Shown here piece after piece: positions 1-8,341 of a stretch of DNA of 26,718 nt. The notes beneath the pieces were generated by a model. The model was not told the DNA's origin and searched no databases. It worked only from the letters and a program-made list of their open reading frames with translations. Position 1 is the stretch's first letter. Every line of letters begins with the position of its first letter. Source of the stretch: a virus (taxonomy: Duplodnaviria; Caudoviricetes); the IMG/VR virus record IMGVR_UViG_3300030376_001348, positions 1-26,718 of that record; one strand, written 5' to 3'. Made by a program: the position numbers and the translations under genes.

Positions 1-1
1 T

Positions 2-1528
2 AAAAGTTTCAAACTGTACTTCTGTTACAACATCAGCTAATGTATAGTTTTCAACGTCTGCATTTTCTACAGCACGTTCAACATATTCTTCTACAGCTTC
101 AGCTATAACTTCATCATCTTTAACAGACTCAGCAATAATAGCTACATCCTCTGCTTCTACTTGTAGTACTTCAGCGACAACTTCTACCTGTTCTTCAGTA
201 AGCTCTTCAACATCTGCAATAGCTTCCTCAACAACAGCTTGAACTACCTCTTGTACTTCTTCAGTAGCTTGGTTTAAATTCTGTACACCAATGTCATTAA
301 CTTGTTCTAGTATTTCAACAACTTCTTCAACAGTAGCTTCTTCAACAATAATATCTTCTATAATCTCTACAACTTCAGCTATTTCTTCTCTCTCTTGTTT
401 AATCTCCACAGGAGGTAACGTTGTGTCGGGAGTATCTTCTTCCAAAACTTCAGGTATATCTTCTTTAATTGGCTCATCTTCTACAACTTCAATTGGTATT
501 GGTATTTCCACCACGTCTTCGGGGACAATGTCTTCCAAATCAAATTCAATAACTTCAAACTTAATAGGCGGTTCTTCAAACTCCAGTATTTCGACTTCAA
601 CTGTTTCCTCTTTAGGTGGGTCGAGTATAACAACATCATCCTCAGGAATGATGACATCCACATCTTCTTTATCTTTAACAATATCTTCTTTAATAACAAC
701 ATCTTCTTCTATAATATCATCTATAATTTCTTCTTCAATAGGTTCAGGTATATCACAATCACCACGCTCTATTTGTGCGTTAGTCATAAAGCAACCGTAC
801 TCAGCTTCATTGTCTACACGCTCCTGGTCACGCTCAATAGTCCCATCATTAACATCTGCTTGTGTATAGGTCTTATCAACACCTTCTACTTTTACATCAA
901 CAATAATTTCTTCAGGTGTAGGAGGTGGTGGTGGAGGTGGTGGAGGCGGAGGCGGTACAGTTGTAGTAGTAGTAGATGTAGTAGTTGTTGTAGTAGATGT
1001 AGTAGTAGTTGTAGTAGGAATAGTGCTTTCATCTACATATTGCCAGTACAATGTATCTAATACAGATATATCAGTTAATATAATTTCAAACTTTGTAATA
1101 AATTTATCTGTGTTTTCTGCTACAGCGTTGTAATCAGTGTATGACTTGTAAATAGTTTCATACATAGTATCTAAGTTTGAATTGCTTTGTGCATTTTTAT
1201 TTACAGTTTCATCTGTTTCATCAGCGTAATACCACTTAATAGACCAGGCATTATTTACTGCACCTACAACAAAACCTACTTCATATACATCTTCTGCAAA
1301 TTCAAACAGATAAGTACCACTTGTTATTGCTAATGAGTTACCTGTAGTTCCATATCTATCTTGTTCATTAGTATAAATATATGCAGTTTGATTACCACCA
1401 GTTATAGTTAAACCTGCTTGATAAGTACTATCACTAAAATCTTCTTGAATTGTAACTTCGCCAGGTACTTCTTCTGCGAATACAGGGGTAGGTATTAATA
1501 AGAATAATGCTAGACAGAGTCTTAGCAT
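2..1528 (-). CDS. Secreted/surface protein, truncated by the window edge: signal peptide, globular domain, Thr/Pro linker, very acidic C-terminal region
   Basis: Not in the ORF track because it has no stop within the window. Manual translation: MLRLCLALFLLIPTPVFA|EEVPGEVTIQEDF... then T6-S-T6-S-T5-V-P12 and an E/D/V/I-rich tail. The ATG overlaps the upstream stop (TAATG). Confidence 0.85.
   Translation of the reverse strand, partial: MLRLCLALFLLIPTPVFAEEVPGEVTIQEDFSDSTYQAGLTITGGNQTAYIYTNEQDRYGTTGNSLAITSGTYLFEFAEDVYEVGFVVGAVNNAWSIKWYYADETDETVNKNAQSNSNLDTMYETIYKSYTDYNAVAENTDKFITKFEIILTDISVLDTLYWQYVDESTIPTTTTTTSTTTTTTSTTTTTVPPPPPPPPPPPPTPEEIIVDVKVEGVDKTYTQADVNDGTIERDQERVDNEAEYGCFMTNAQIERGDCDIPEPIEEEIIDDIIEEDVVIKEDIVKDKEDVDVIIPEDDVVILDPPKEETVEVEILEFEEPPIKFEVIEFDLEDIVPEDVVEIPIPIEVVEDEPIKEDIPEVLEEDTPDTTLPPVEIKQEREEIAEVVEIIEDIIVEEATVEEVVEILEQVNDIGVQNLNQATEEVQEVVQAVVEEAIADVEELTEEQVEVVAEVLQVEAEDVAIIAESVKDDEVIAEAVEEYVERAVENADVENYTLADVVTEVQFETF
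920..1015 (-). repeat. Low-complexity coding repeat: 12 Pro codons (920-955) and a T6S-type Thr tract (959-1015)
   Basis: NGG and NGT triplet runs on the + strand, in frame with the 2..1528 CDS. Confidence 0.95.
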
Positions 1529-1695
1529 TACATTACGAGTGCTGCTACAACTCCACCTATTGCTACAATCAGCGTTAATACTTTATAAAATTCTTGTTTA
1601 TCTAACTTAGAATCTAACTTATCTTCTATTTTATCTAGTCGTTCAATAACCATATTGAGAAGTTCCTTTTGTGTATAGCCATTGTTGTTTGACAT
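1528..1695 (-). CDS. 55-aa membrane protein (coiled coil plus C-terminal TM helix), holin/XhlA-like architecture
   Basis: MSNNNGYTQKELLNMVIERLDKIEDKLDSKLDKQEFYKVLTLIVAIGGVVAALVM; tightly packed with both neighbours. Confidence 0.7.
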   Translation of the reverse strand: MSNNNGYTQKELLNMVIERLDKIEDKLDSKLDKQEFYKVLTLIVAIGGVVAALVM

Positions 1696-1833
1696 TTATG
1701 GTAAATCCTCATGCGACATCCAGTCCCATTCTTTATCATAGGAATTATCATAGCTCAATTTACTTAATCTTTTAAGATAAGAACTAATTTCTTTTAAAAA
1801 ATACCCTAATAAAAATCCGATTATAAAATCCAT
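1696..1833 (-). CDS. 45-aa small protein with an N-terminal hydrophobic segment
   Basis: MDFIIGFLLGYFLKEISSYLKRLSKLSYDNSYDKEWDWMSHEDLP; its stop abuts the next ATG; ATG lies 7 nt after a perfect extended -10. Confidence 0.7.
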   Translation of the reverse strand: MDFIIGFLLGYFLKEISSYLKRLSKLSYDNSYDKEWDWMSHEDLP

Positions 1834-1840
1834 AAGGACG

Positions 1841-1849
1841 ATTATAACA
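1841..1849 (-). promoter_or_regulatory. Extended -10 promoter TGTTATAAT, probably giving a leaderless mRNA
   Basis: TGnTATAAT consensus, 7 nt before ATG 1833, no SD in between. Confidence 0.7.
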
Positions 1850-1855
1850 GATTAT

Positions 1856-2158
1856 TTATGCAGGTTTTGGATTGTCTGATTTAACTTTAGCTATGTGGTC
1901 TTTCCAAACAGTTGTACCATCTACCAAATCTTTATATTGCATATCAAGTTGGTCACCAATAGTACCATAAGCTTCTTGTCTAGCTTCTATATAACCAAAC
2001 TGTTGTTCATTCCATTTGTTATTGCCTAAATCAACTTTAGCTTGGGCATACTCAGCATCAGTAAACTCTCTACGCTCATTGTTAACCTGTGCATATAAAG
2101 GTTTTGCTGCCTCTATCTCAGCATCAGCTTGGGTTTGTAGTTCTTCTTTTGTTGCCAT
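1856..2158 (-). CDS. Tail-fibre-associated small protein (assembly chaperone-like)
   Basis: C-terminal R..AY..I.DQLD...W...I.KVK...PKP pattern commonly seen after phage fibre genes; AGGAG RBS. Confidence 0.6.
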   Translation of the reverse strand: MATKEELQTQADAEIEAAKPLYAQVNNERREFTDAEYAQAKVDLGNNKWNEQQFGYIEARQEAYGTIGDQLDMQYKDLVDGTTVWKDHIAKVKSDNPKPA

Positions 2159-2168
2159 AATATCTCCT

Positions 2169-2177
2169 ATGTTAGCA
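2169..2177 (-). promoter_or_regulatory. Possible extended -10 promoter TGCTAACAT
   Basis: TGnTAnnnT, 10 nt before ATG 2158. Confidence 0.4.
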
Positions 2178-2191
2178 TACTTCTTTTACTA

Positions 2192-2719
2192 TTACTTTTT
2201 TAAACCATATAAAGTGAATGTTCCACTATCTATATTGCCACTAGAAAATAAAAATTGTATCCCATCACAAGCTTGTGAAACAGTTAGCACTCCACCACCT
2301 TGATTACCTCTTGTATTTGTATCAGCACCAAAACTTGTTTCCTCTGATGTTATATAACTATATTCACTTGCATTATTAAAGTTAAATAAATATAAAATTC
2401 CATTGGTAGTTTCACTTGTTCCTGTTCCAGAGTTTTGCCCTGATGTTCTTAGCTTATTCTCATCAGTTGAACTAAGAGTTCCATAACTTTCAGCAGTACT
2501 TAATCTTAGAAAAGCTCTATCATAATTGCTAGAAGTATCTGGAGTTCCACTAACAGTAAATCTTACATTTAAATTTTGAGCATCTGTATCTGGTTGAACA
2601 TTGTTATACTTAACCATATACACATCATAAGAAGTATCCCATTTATCATCTCCTAAAGTAACATTTGCTGTTGCTGATGATACAGTTACTTCTTCTAATT
2701 TTATTAAGCTACCTGCCAT
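2192..2719 (-). CDS. Putative tail-fibre tip/receptor-binding protein, paralog 3
   Basis: Beta-rich; shares L.(L/K)(I/L)...S..., Y(D/E)V(Y/H), (F/Y)N...S.YS and C-terminal (L/V)YG motifs with the two upstream ORFs. Confidence 0.65.
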   Translation of the reverse strand: MAGSLIKLEEVTVSSATANVTLGDDKWDTSYDVYMVKYNNVQPDTDAQNLNVRFTVSGTPDTSSNYDRAFLRLSTAESYGTLSSTDENKLRTSGQNSGTGTSETTNGILYLFNFNNASEYSYITSEETSFGADTNTRGNQGGGVLTVSQACDGIQFLFSSGNIDSGTFTLYGLKK

Positions 2720-3222
2720 TATTTAACTCCATATACACTTGCACTTACACCTGCAATAGTTATACTTGCAGTAAAATTTATACCTGTATGACTTTCAGCA
2801 ACTTTTAAAACACCAATTCCTTTTCTAGCAGGTGTTCCAAGAGTTGAGGCACCTGCATTTTGCCATTGTGCAAAACTGTAAGAACTTGAATTAAATGGAT
2901 TAAATATAGTTATAACAGTTGCACCACCTTTATCTGTATAATCACTAAAACCTATTGAGCCAAGTGATGTTCCACCTACTGTTGGAAATTCTGCAAAAGC
3001 ACCATAACTTCTCATAAGTAAAACTGCATCATCATAATTAGCACTTGATACAACACCACTTGCATTTATAAACCTAAAAAATAAATCAGCACTTGCTAGA
3101 TTAATAGTATCTATTACAACTTGATAGACATCATATTTACTACTAAAACAATCAGTAATACTTAAACCACTAACAGAAGTTCCACTACCTGTTTTTATTA
3201 ATTCTAAATTACCTACTGCCAT
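2719..3222 (-). CDS. Putative tail-fibre tip/receptor-binding protein, paralog 2
   Basis: GNLELIKTGSG...KYDVY...FNPFNSSSYSF...SVYGVK. Confidence 0.65.
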   Translation of the reverse strand: MAVGNLELIKTGSGTSVSGLSITDCFSSKYDVYQVVIDTINLASADLFFRFINASGVVSSANYDDAVLLMRSYGAFAEFPTVGGTSLGSIGFSDYTDKGGATVITIFNPFNSSSYSFAQWQNAGASTLGTPARKGIGVLKVAESHTGINFTASITIAGVSASVYGVK

Positions 3223-3225
3223 AAT

Positions 3226-3780
3226 CTAACTTCCTGCAATTCCATATAGGGATACAGAGCCACTTGTAAAATTACCTGCACTATTGTTAAAAACCCTTAT
3301 AGCATTAATTGTTTCAGCAACTGCATAAACTTGTCCTCCAAAATACATATAAATAGTTCCTATTGTACTGTGCTGTGTTATAAAACTATATTTTGTGCTA
3401 TCCCCTAAGTTATAAAAATAAACATAACCACTCATGGGTGTACCTGCATTAGAAAAAGCCAAAGACCTAAATCTATCTGTACCTGTGCTAACAGTTGGTC
3501 CAAAAGCTCCATTAGTGCCACCATACTGAACTCCTCTTTGATAAGCTGTTCCTCCTTCAAAATTATCTCCACCATCATTAGATAATCTTATTTGTGTATA
3601 GTCTGAGTTAGTACTTGTATCTAAATTATTGTATGTTAAAAAATGTACCTCATAAGAGCCAAGAGAAGTAAAATCTACTACTGCACTTCCACTAGCACTC
3701 TTAGTTTCAATTAATTCTAATTTACCTAAATCTGCACCACCTGTAGTGATTAATGCTCTAGCCGCACCTAACGGAGCCAT
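3226..3780 (-). CDS. Putative tail-fibre tip/receptor-binding protein, paralog 1, with an N-terminal extension
   Basis: MAPLGAARALITTGGADLGKLELIETKSAS...SYEVH...YNLGDSTKYSF...SLYGIAGS. Confidence 0.65.
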   Translation of the reverse strand: MAPLGAARALITTGGADLGKLELIETKSASGSAVVDFTSLGSYEVHFLTYNNLDTSTNSDYTQIRLSNDGGDNFEGGTAYQRGVQYGGTNGAFGPTVSTGTDRFRSLAFSNAGTPMSGYVYFYNLGDSTKYSFITQHSTIGTIYMYFGGQVYAVAETINAIRVFNNSAGNFTSGSVSLYGIAGS

Positions 3781-4682
3781 TATGCAAACGCTAGTTGTGG
3801 GACTATAAAAACTGTAGTACTTGCATCTTTAAATATAAAAGTCACAATGTCTATTGAAGCTGCTGCGGTACTTAATGTTAATCCTGCAGCACCTGCTGTT
3901 TTACCTGCAGTTTCAGCTTGACCATTTACAGTTGTTTTGTTGATAGCCATAGTCCTAGAACCTGTACCATCTTGTGTAACAATCAAAGTAAATGTTGATA
4001 TACCTGCGGCAGGTACATTTAAAAAATCTATATCTGTAACAGAGTGTGCTAGTGTAACTGAACCTGTATTACCATTAGCTAAATCTATTGTTAATGTTGC
4101 ACCTGAAGTAACATCTTGGTCTGTTTCAGCATAATCTTTTAATATTTTGTTAGACATTGTAGTAGCACCGCTATCTACATAAGCTTTAACTGATTGCTGT
4201 GTAGGAACTTTAACTGCTGAGTCAGAAGACATAGTATCTTCATCAACTAAGAAATCTATGTTACCTACTTGTACAGCATTAGAAGCTATTGTTGTAGCTA
4301 CAGCTGATGTTGCATTTGTAAGTGTACCTGTAACATCTCCTGTTAAAGCTACATCATTAATTCTATCGTGTAAGTCTTCAAACATTTCTCCAACAACTGC
4401 CATGCGAACAATATCACCATCTGTATGACCAATATCAGGAGAATGTCTACCTTCTACATCTCTTGTAACAGTTGACATAGTTACTCCTGAAGAAGCTGTT
4501 ACTAGGATAACTTCTCTTTTGGCATTATCAGGATTTATTACTAAATAAAAAGGTGCTGCTATAGCACTTGTTCCATTTGAAGTAGGTGCTGCAGATAGTG
4601 TTAAGTTAGTATCTGATGCACCAACATTACCATCTAAGGTAGTTTCAAAAAAGTTACTAAAGTTTGCTAATGTATTTGTCAT
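3780..4682 (-). CDS. Tail fibre protein
   Basis: T/A/S/G-rich; fibre-type motifs ALTGDVTG, VPTQQSVKAYVD and TLIVTQDGTGSRT; located after the nozzle gene. Confidence 0.75.
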   Translation of the reverse strand: MTNTLANFSNFFETTLDGNVGASDTNLTLSAAPTSNGTSAIAAPFYLVINPDNAKREVILVTASSGVTMSTVTRDVEGRHSPDIGHTDGDIVRMAVVGEMFEDLHDRINDVALTGDVTGTLTNATSAVATTIASNAVQVGNIDFLVDEDTMSSDSAVKVPTQQSVKAYVDSGATTMSNKILKDYAETDQDVTSGATLTIDLANGNTGSVTLAHSVTDIDFLNVPAAGISTFTLIVTQDGTGSRTMAINKTTVNGQAETAGKTAGAAGLTLSTAAASIDIVTFIFKDASTTVFIVPQLAFA

Positions 4683-4692
4683 TTAATCTCCA

Positions 4693-4878
4693 TTATGCTT
4701 GTGTTCCAGATACTACAGTTGTGTTGTTACCAAATGCAGACTGACCCATCATAGCAAGTCCTATTGTAGCAGAATATACTGTCTCTGCTAATAAATCTAA
4801 ATCTTCGTCTATAGGTAAATTACCAATAGTATCAATACTTAAACTACCACCTTCTTTCAGTATTATTAATATTGACAT
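4693..4878 (-). CDS. 61-aa hypothetical virion protein
   Basis: Fills the gap between nozzle and fibre; ATG lies 7 nt after an extended -10. Confidence 0.6.
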   Translation of the reverse strand: MSILIILKEGGSLSIDTIGNLPIDEDLDLLAETVYSATIGLAMMGQSAFGNNTTVVSGTQA

Positions 4879-4885
4879 AATTTAT

Positions 4886-4894
4886 ATCCTAACA
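4886..4894 (-). promoter_or_regulatory. Extended -10 promoter TGTTAGGAT, probably leaderless
   Basis: TGnTAnnnT, 7 nt before ATG 4878. Confidence 0.55.
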
Positions 4895-4902
4895 TATTTT
4901 TT

Positions 4903-6894
4903 TTATGCACCAAATCTTAACTGACCTAATGTTCCTACACCTAATGTATTTTGACTAGAAACTGTAGTTATTACAGGTTGTCTAGTACCACGAACTGTGA
5001 TTATAGCATATGTAGTATCACTTCCTAGTACTTCGTTAGATTGTATAGGATAACTTATTTGTTCAATTACACCACGAATAATTTCATTAGGTTCAAATAT
5101 TTCTAATGTTACTGAATTACCTTCTTTGTTACGTAATTCAGAATACAATTCATCACCAAGACCTTTAACTCTAAAAGGTTTTCTACCTGGTCTTTCTACT
5201 CTATCACTAATATTTATAGGTATCTGTGCTACTACCAACTCAGGTCTAGCTAATGCACGAAATTGTACAGATTTAACTTTAGGAGTATTTATATTATTAG
5301 ATGAACGTAAAATAATTTTTCCAATAATATATCTAGAAACAGCAGATATTTGTTTTTCTTCATCTCCAATACCATTAGTTTGTTTTAATGCTAATAAAAA
5401 ACTACTATCATTAACATTATCTAAAGCTTCAAAAGTATTAGAAAATCTTAGTTCAGCATCTGTGTTTTCAGGCATGTTAAAAGTAGATATTTCTGCACCA
5501 ACAAATTGTTTTTGTTCTGCTGTAAAGAAATCTGCTGCTGATAATACTAGATAACCTTCTGATTCATATGTAGATTGTTCTTTATATACATCACTTCCTG
5601 ACACAGATATTATAAATTTACCTGATGTTTGTGTAATACCATACACTAAACCATTGCCTGTTGTTTGTAAATCTCTAGCCAAACCACCTGTTGGTAGGTA
5701 ATATCGCCACAAATTTACTTCATTAGTATCTTCTTTAACACCCATATACACACTATCACGACTAACAAACATAGCGTGAGGTGTTGTATCTACATCTGTT
5801 ACAACCCATTCTTTTATTAACTGTCTATTAGCTAGTACGTACAAGTCATCAGCTGCTACAAGTTCTGTTCTATATAATCTACCTATCTTAGTTGTACTTT
5901 CTTTAGTACCTAAAAATACTATACCTTCAGTAGCTTCTATAGAATGTACCTCTTCAAAAGGTATTTTTGTTTGTCCTTGGTTTACAAAAGAACCACTAAC
6001 AAGTTTAAAAGAATATACTGTACTATCTGTACTAGCAGCTAATACTGCTGCACCACCATCAATAATACCTGTAAACTCATGTGTAGGTTCTACTTCTACT
6101 ATGCTGTCTGCATCTTGTAAATCAGAACTAGACCATGATTTATTGAAAGGACTAGCTTCCCATATATACTCAGCAGTACCATCATTACCTGTAATCCATA
6201 ATCTATTTTTTACAAACCATACACCTGTTAACCCACCAGAACTAGACTGTGCAGTAGTGCGTACACTCCAAGTACTTGTTCCATCAAACTCAATTAACTG
6301 CGAACCCGATGTTCCATTAGCTGTTGTAAGAAATAATTTGTTACCAAATGCAGCTATACCTGTAAAGTTATGTGTTGCATTATTTGTACCACTAGCTACT
6401 TCAGTCCATGTATTTCCATCTGTAGAGTAATAAACACTTGTATTGTCAGTTACCCATATTTTTCCATCAGTAGTTTGTGTCATATAGTTATTAGTACCAG
6501 CAAATGCAGTATCTGCTCCTCTAACATTTACATCGGCAGTTTGATGTAGCAAATGTATATGATAAGAAGTTTCATCATCTCCATGAAATACATCTATACC
6601 TTTACTATCCCAGAATCTATTAACATCATCTGGTTTACCATCTGTTCTATGTGCTGTGTCTAATCCCTGACCTGCGTTAAATTTATTTCTTGAATATATA
6701 CGACCTAAGTTAGATGTAAAATCTTCAGGATTTTGTTTAACATTAACATTTTGTCCTGATTGTACATCAGAAGATTGTATAGTCATTTCTCTATTAGGAC
6801 CTATAGCAGTTCTTAATAAAGTAGTATCAATACGAACATCATATCCATATCTTTTAGGGTTAGAAATAATATCAGTACTAGCTACTCTAGGCAT
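4903..6894 (-). CDS. Tail nozzle/tubular protein B-like (beta-propeller)
   Basis: 663 aa, beta-rich with propeller-like repeats (YSTDGNTW, EFDGTSTW); follows the adaptor-like gene as in podoviruses. Confidence 0.65.
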   Translation of the reverse strand: MPRVASTDIISNPKRYGYDVRIDTTLLRTAIGPNREMTIQSSDVQSGQNVNVKQNPEDFTSNLGRIYSRNKFNAGQGLDTAHRTDGKPDDVNRFWDSKGIDVFHGDDETSYHIHLLHQTADVNVRGADTAFAGTNNYMTQTTDGKIWVTDNTSVYYSTDGNTWTEVASGTNNATHNFTGIAAFGNKLFLTTANGTSGSQLIEFDGTSTWSVRTTAQSSSGGLTGVWFVKNRLWITGNDGTAEYIWEASPFNKSWSSSDLQDADSIVEVEPTHEFTGIIDGGAAVLAASTDSTVYSFKLVSGSFVNQGQTKIPFEEVHSIEATEGIVFLGTKESTTKIGRLYRTELVAADDLYVLANRQLIKEWVVTDVDTTPHAMFVSRDSVYMGVKEDTNEVNLWRYYLPTGGLARDLQTTGNGLVYGITQTSGKFIISVSGSDVYKEQSTYESEGYLVLSAADFFTAEQKQFVGAEISTFNMPENTDAELRFSNTFEALDNVNDSSFLLALKQTNGIGDEEKQISAVSRYIIGKIILRSSNNINTPKVKSVQFRALARPELVVAQIPINISDRVERPGRKPFRVKGLGDELYSELRNKEGNSVTLEIFEPNEIIRGVIEQISYPIQSNEVLGSDTTYAIITVRGTRQPVITTVSSQNTLGVGTLGQLRFGA

Positions 6895-7928
6895 TATACT
6901 GGATAATTAATGTTGTTTATTGATACAGCTTCTGGAAATCTTGCTCTTAAATTTTTTCTAGCTTGTTGTATAAGTAATTGTTGATACTGCAATAAACTAT
7001 TTCTAATTGTATTAGAACTACCAATAGGTGCATTTGATACAGCTATTTGTTCTGTTATATATTTAGCGTCAATATTTTTTATATCTTTACCTGAAATCAT
7101 TTGTGCTGCAACACCAGACATAATAATTGGTTCATACTCTGTTTCTAAACCTACTGCAGTTAATGTTGTAGTTTCTGCTGTAGGTGTAACAAACTTCTTT
7201 TTAAAAGTTACATAACAAGTATGTCCTTCATTAATACCATAAAACTGTAATGCATGTACTACATCAGGACCAGTTGTATATGTTTTAGTTCTAGATGTTT
7301 CTGTATCATCTGTCCAGGTAAATGGATTAGGTAAATCTATCATTTCTACAGCTACACTATTAAATGTTAATCCTGTTTGGTCTGAACCTGCTTGCCAGTC
7401 TGTATATTGTGATATAGCTTTTATAGGAGTAACTAAATAATTATGACTATCTCCATCAGTACCATAAGTTCCTAACAATTTATAACCTGTAGCAGATGTA
7501 AGTTCTAGTGTTTGTACAGCAAATAATGTAGGATATAAGTTTTCTATTTGGTCTACTACAGCGTCATATACATTTTTACGAGGAAATGCAGGAGCTATTT
7601 TAACTAAAGAACCATTTTCATGTTCAGCAGCTGTAGTTCCTCTTGCTCCTCTAGTTACTGTTATTTCATTAGTTACAGTGTTTAAAGCAGTTGAAAACAT
7701 AAGCTCTTGTCCTACTTCTATAATTGCACCAGCATCCAATGCATCTTCTTCTTCAATTGAAAACAAGATACCATCATATTTTAATGTTGTACCTGAACTT
7801 GTTAATCCTGTTTTACTATCAGAAATAGAATCTGTATTAGTTATATACGAATAAGATTCGACACTATCTGCTGGCTCTAGGTATTCTCTAAATACCCTGT
7901 CTACTAGGTTGCCTATTGTGTCACTCAC
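6894..7928 (-). CDS. Head-tail adaptor/tubular protein A-like, with an inserted beta domain
   Basis: N-terminal T..(N/D)LVDRV helix and helical C-terminus; position after the capsid genes; GTG start. Confidence 0.6.
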   Translation of the reverse strand: MSDTIGNLVDRVFREYLEPADSVESYSYITNTDSISDSKTGLTSSGTTLKYDGILFSIEEEDALDAGAIIEVGQELMFSTALNTVTNEITVTRGARGTTAAEHENGSLVKIAPAFPRKNVYDAVVDQIENLYPTLFAVQTLELTSATGYKLLGTYGTDGDSHNYLVTPIKAISQYTDWQAGSDQTGLTFNSVAVEMIDLPNPFTWTDDTETSRTKTYTTGPDVVHALQFYGINEGHTCYVTFKKKFVTPTAETTTLTAVGLETEYEPIIMSGVAAQMISGKDIKNIDAKYITEQIAVSNAPIGSSNTIRNSLLQYQQLLIQQARKNLRARFPEAVSINNINYPV

Positions 7929-7936
7929 AATAACCC

Positions 7937-8269
7937 CTAACTTTGTTTAAATATTAAATTAATTTGTCTATCAGCTGCTTCAGTACTACCAGATGTTACT
8001 CTTAAGAAACCTATTGCAGCAAAAGCCCAACCACTAGGGTCAACTCTTACCATGTCTCCTGGGGAAACTGTATAAGATACTTCAGTACCATCTGTTTCTT
8101 TTACATCTACCCAAGTACTTCCATCAAAAGAAAAGTCTAGAGTTAATGCAGTACCAGTCATTGCTGCAGGAAATTGTATTCCTGACAATAACAAACCATC
8201 ACATTGTACTCCAGATGAGTTAGTTGCATCTGCTGAAACGTCTATTAAAACTTGTTTTTGTAATTGCAT
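7937..8269 (-). CDS. Small beta-sandwich virion protein (capsid decoration/spike-like)
   Basis: 110 aa, directly after the MCP; SFDGSTW motif. Confidence 0.5.
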   Translation of the reverse strand: MQLQKQVLIDVSADATNSSGVQCDGLLLSGIQFPAAMTGTALTLDFSFDGSTWVDVKETDGTEVSYTVSPGDMVRVDPSGWAFAAIGFLRVTSGSTEAADRQINLIFKQS

Positions 8270-8278
8270 GTTGTCCTT

Positions 8279-8287
8279 ACTATAGCA
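8279..8287 (-). promoter_or_regulatory. Extended -10 promoter TGCTATAGT immediately after the MCP terminator
   Basis: TGnTATAGT, 9 nt before ATG 8269. Confidence 0.55.
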
Positions 8288-8319
8288 GAAGAAAAGGGCA
8301 GGAGGTGGATTCCCACCCT
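8287..8319 (-). terminator. Intrinsic terminator after the major capsid gene
   Basis: Sense AGGGUGGGA-auccacc-UCCUGCCCU followed by UUUCUUCU; the G-U pairs work on the minus strand. Confidence 0.75.
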
Positions 8320-8341
8320 AATCTTCAATACTTCTATATTC

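Noticed and set aside
291-1060. Ser-rich + strand ORF 291..869, ORF 773..1060 and minus ORF 481..702
   Set aside because: Shadows of the low-complexity minus-strand CDS 2..1528.
2192-3780. Diversity-generating retroelement acting on the fibre paralogs
   Set aside because: No near-identical TR/VR pair with adenine-specific mismatches and no reverse transcriptase in the window.
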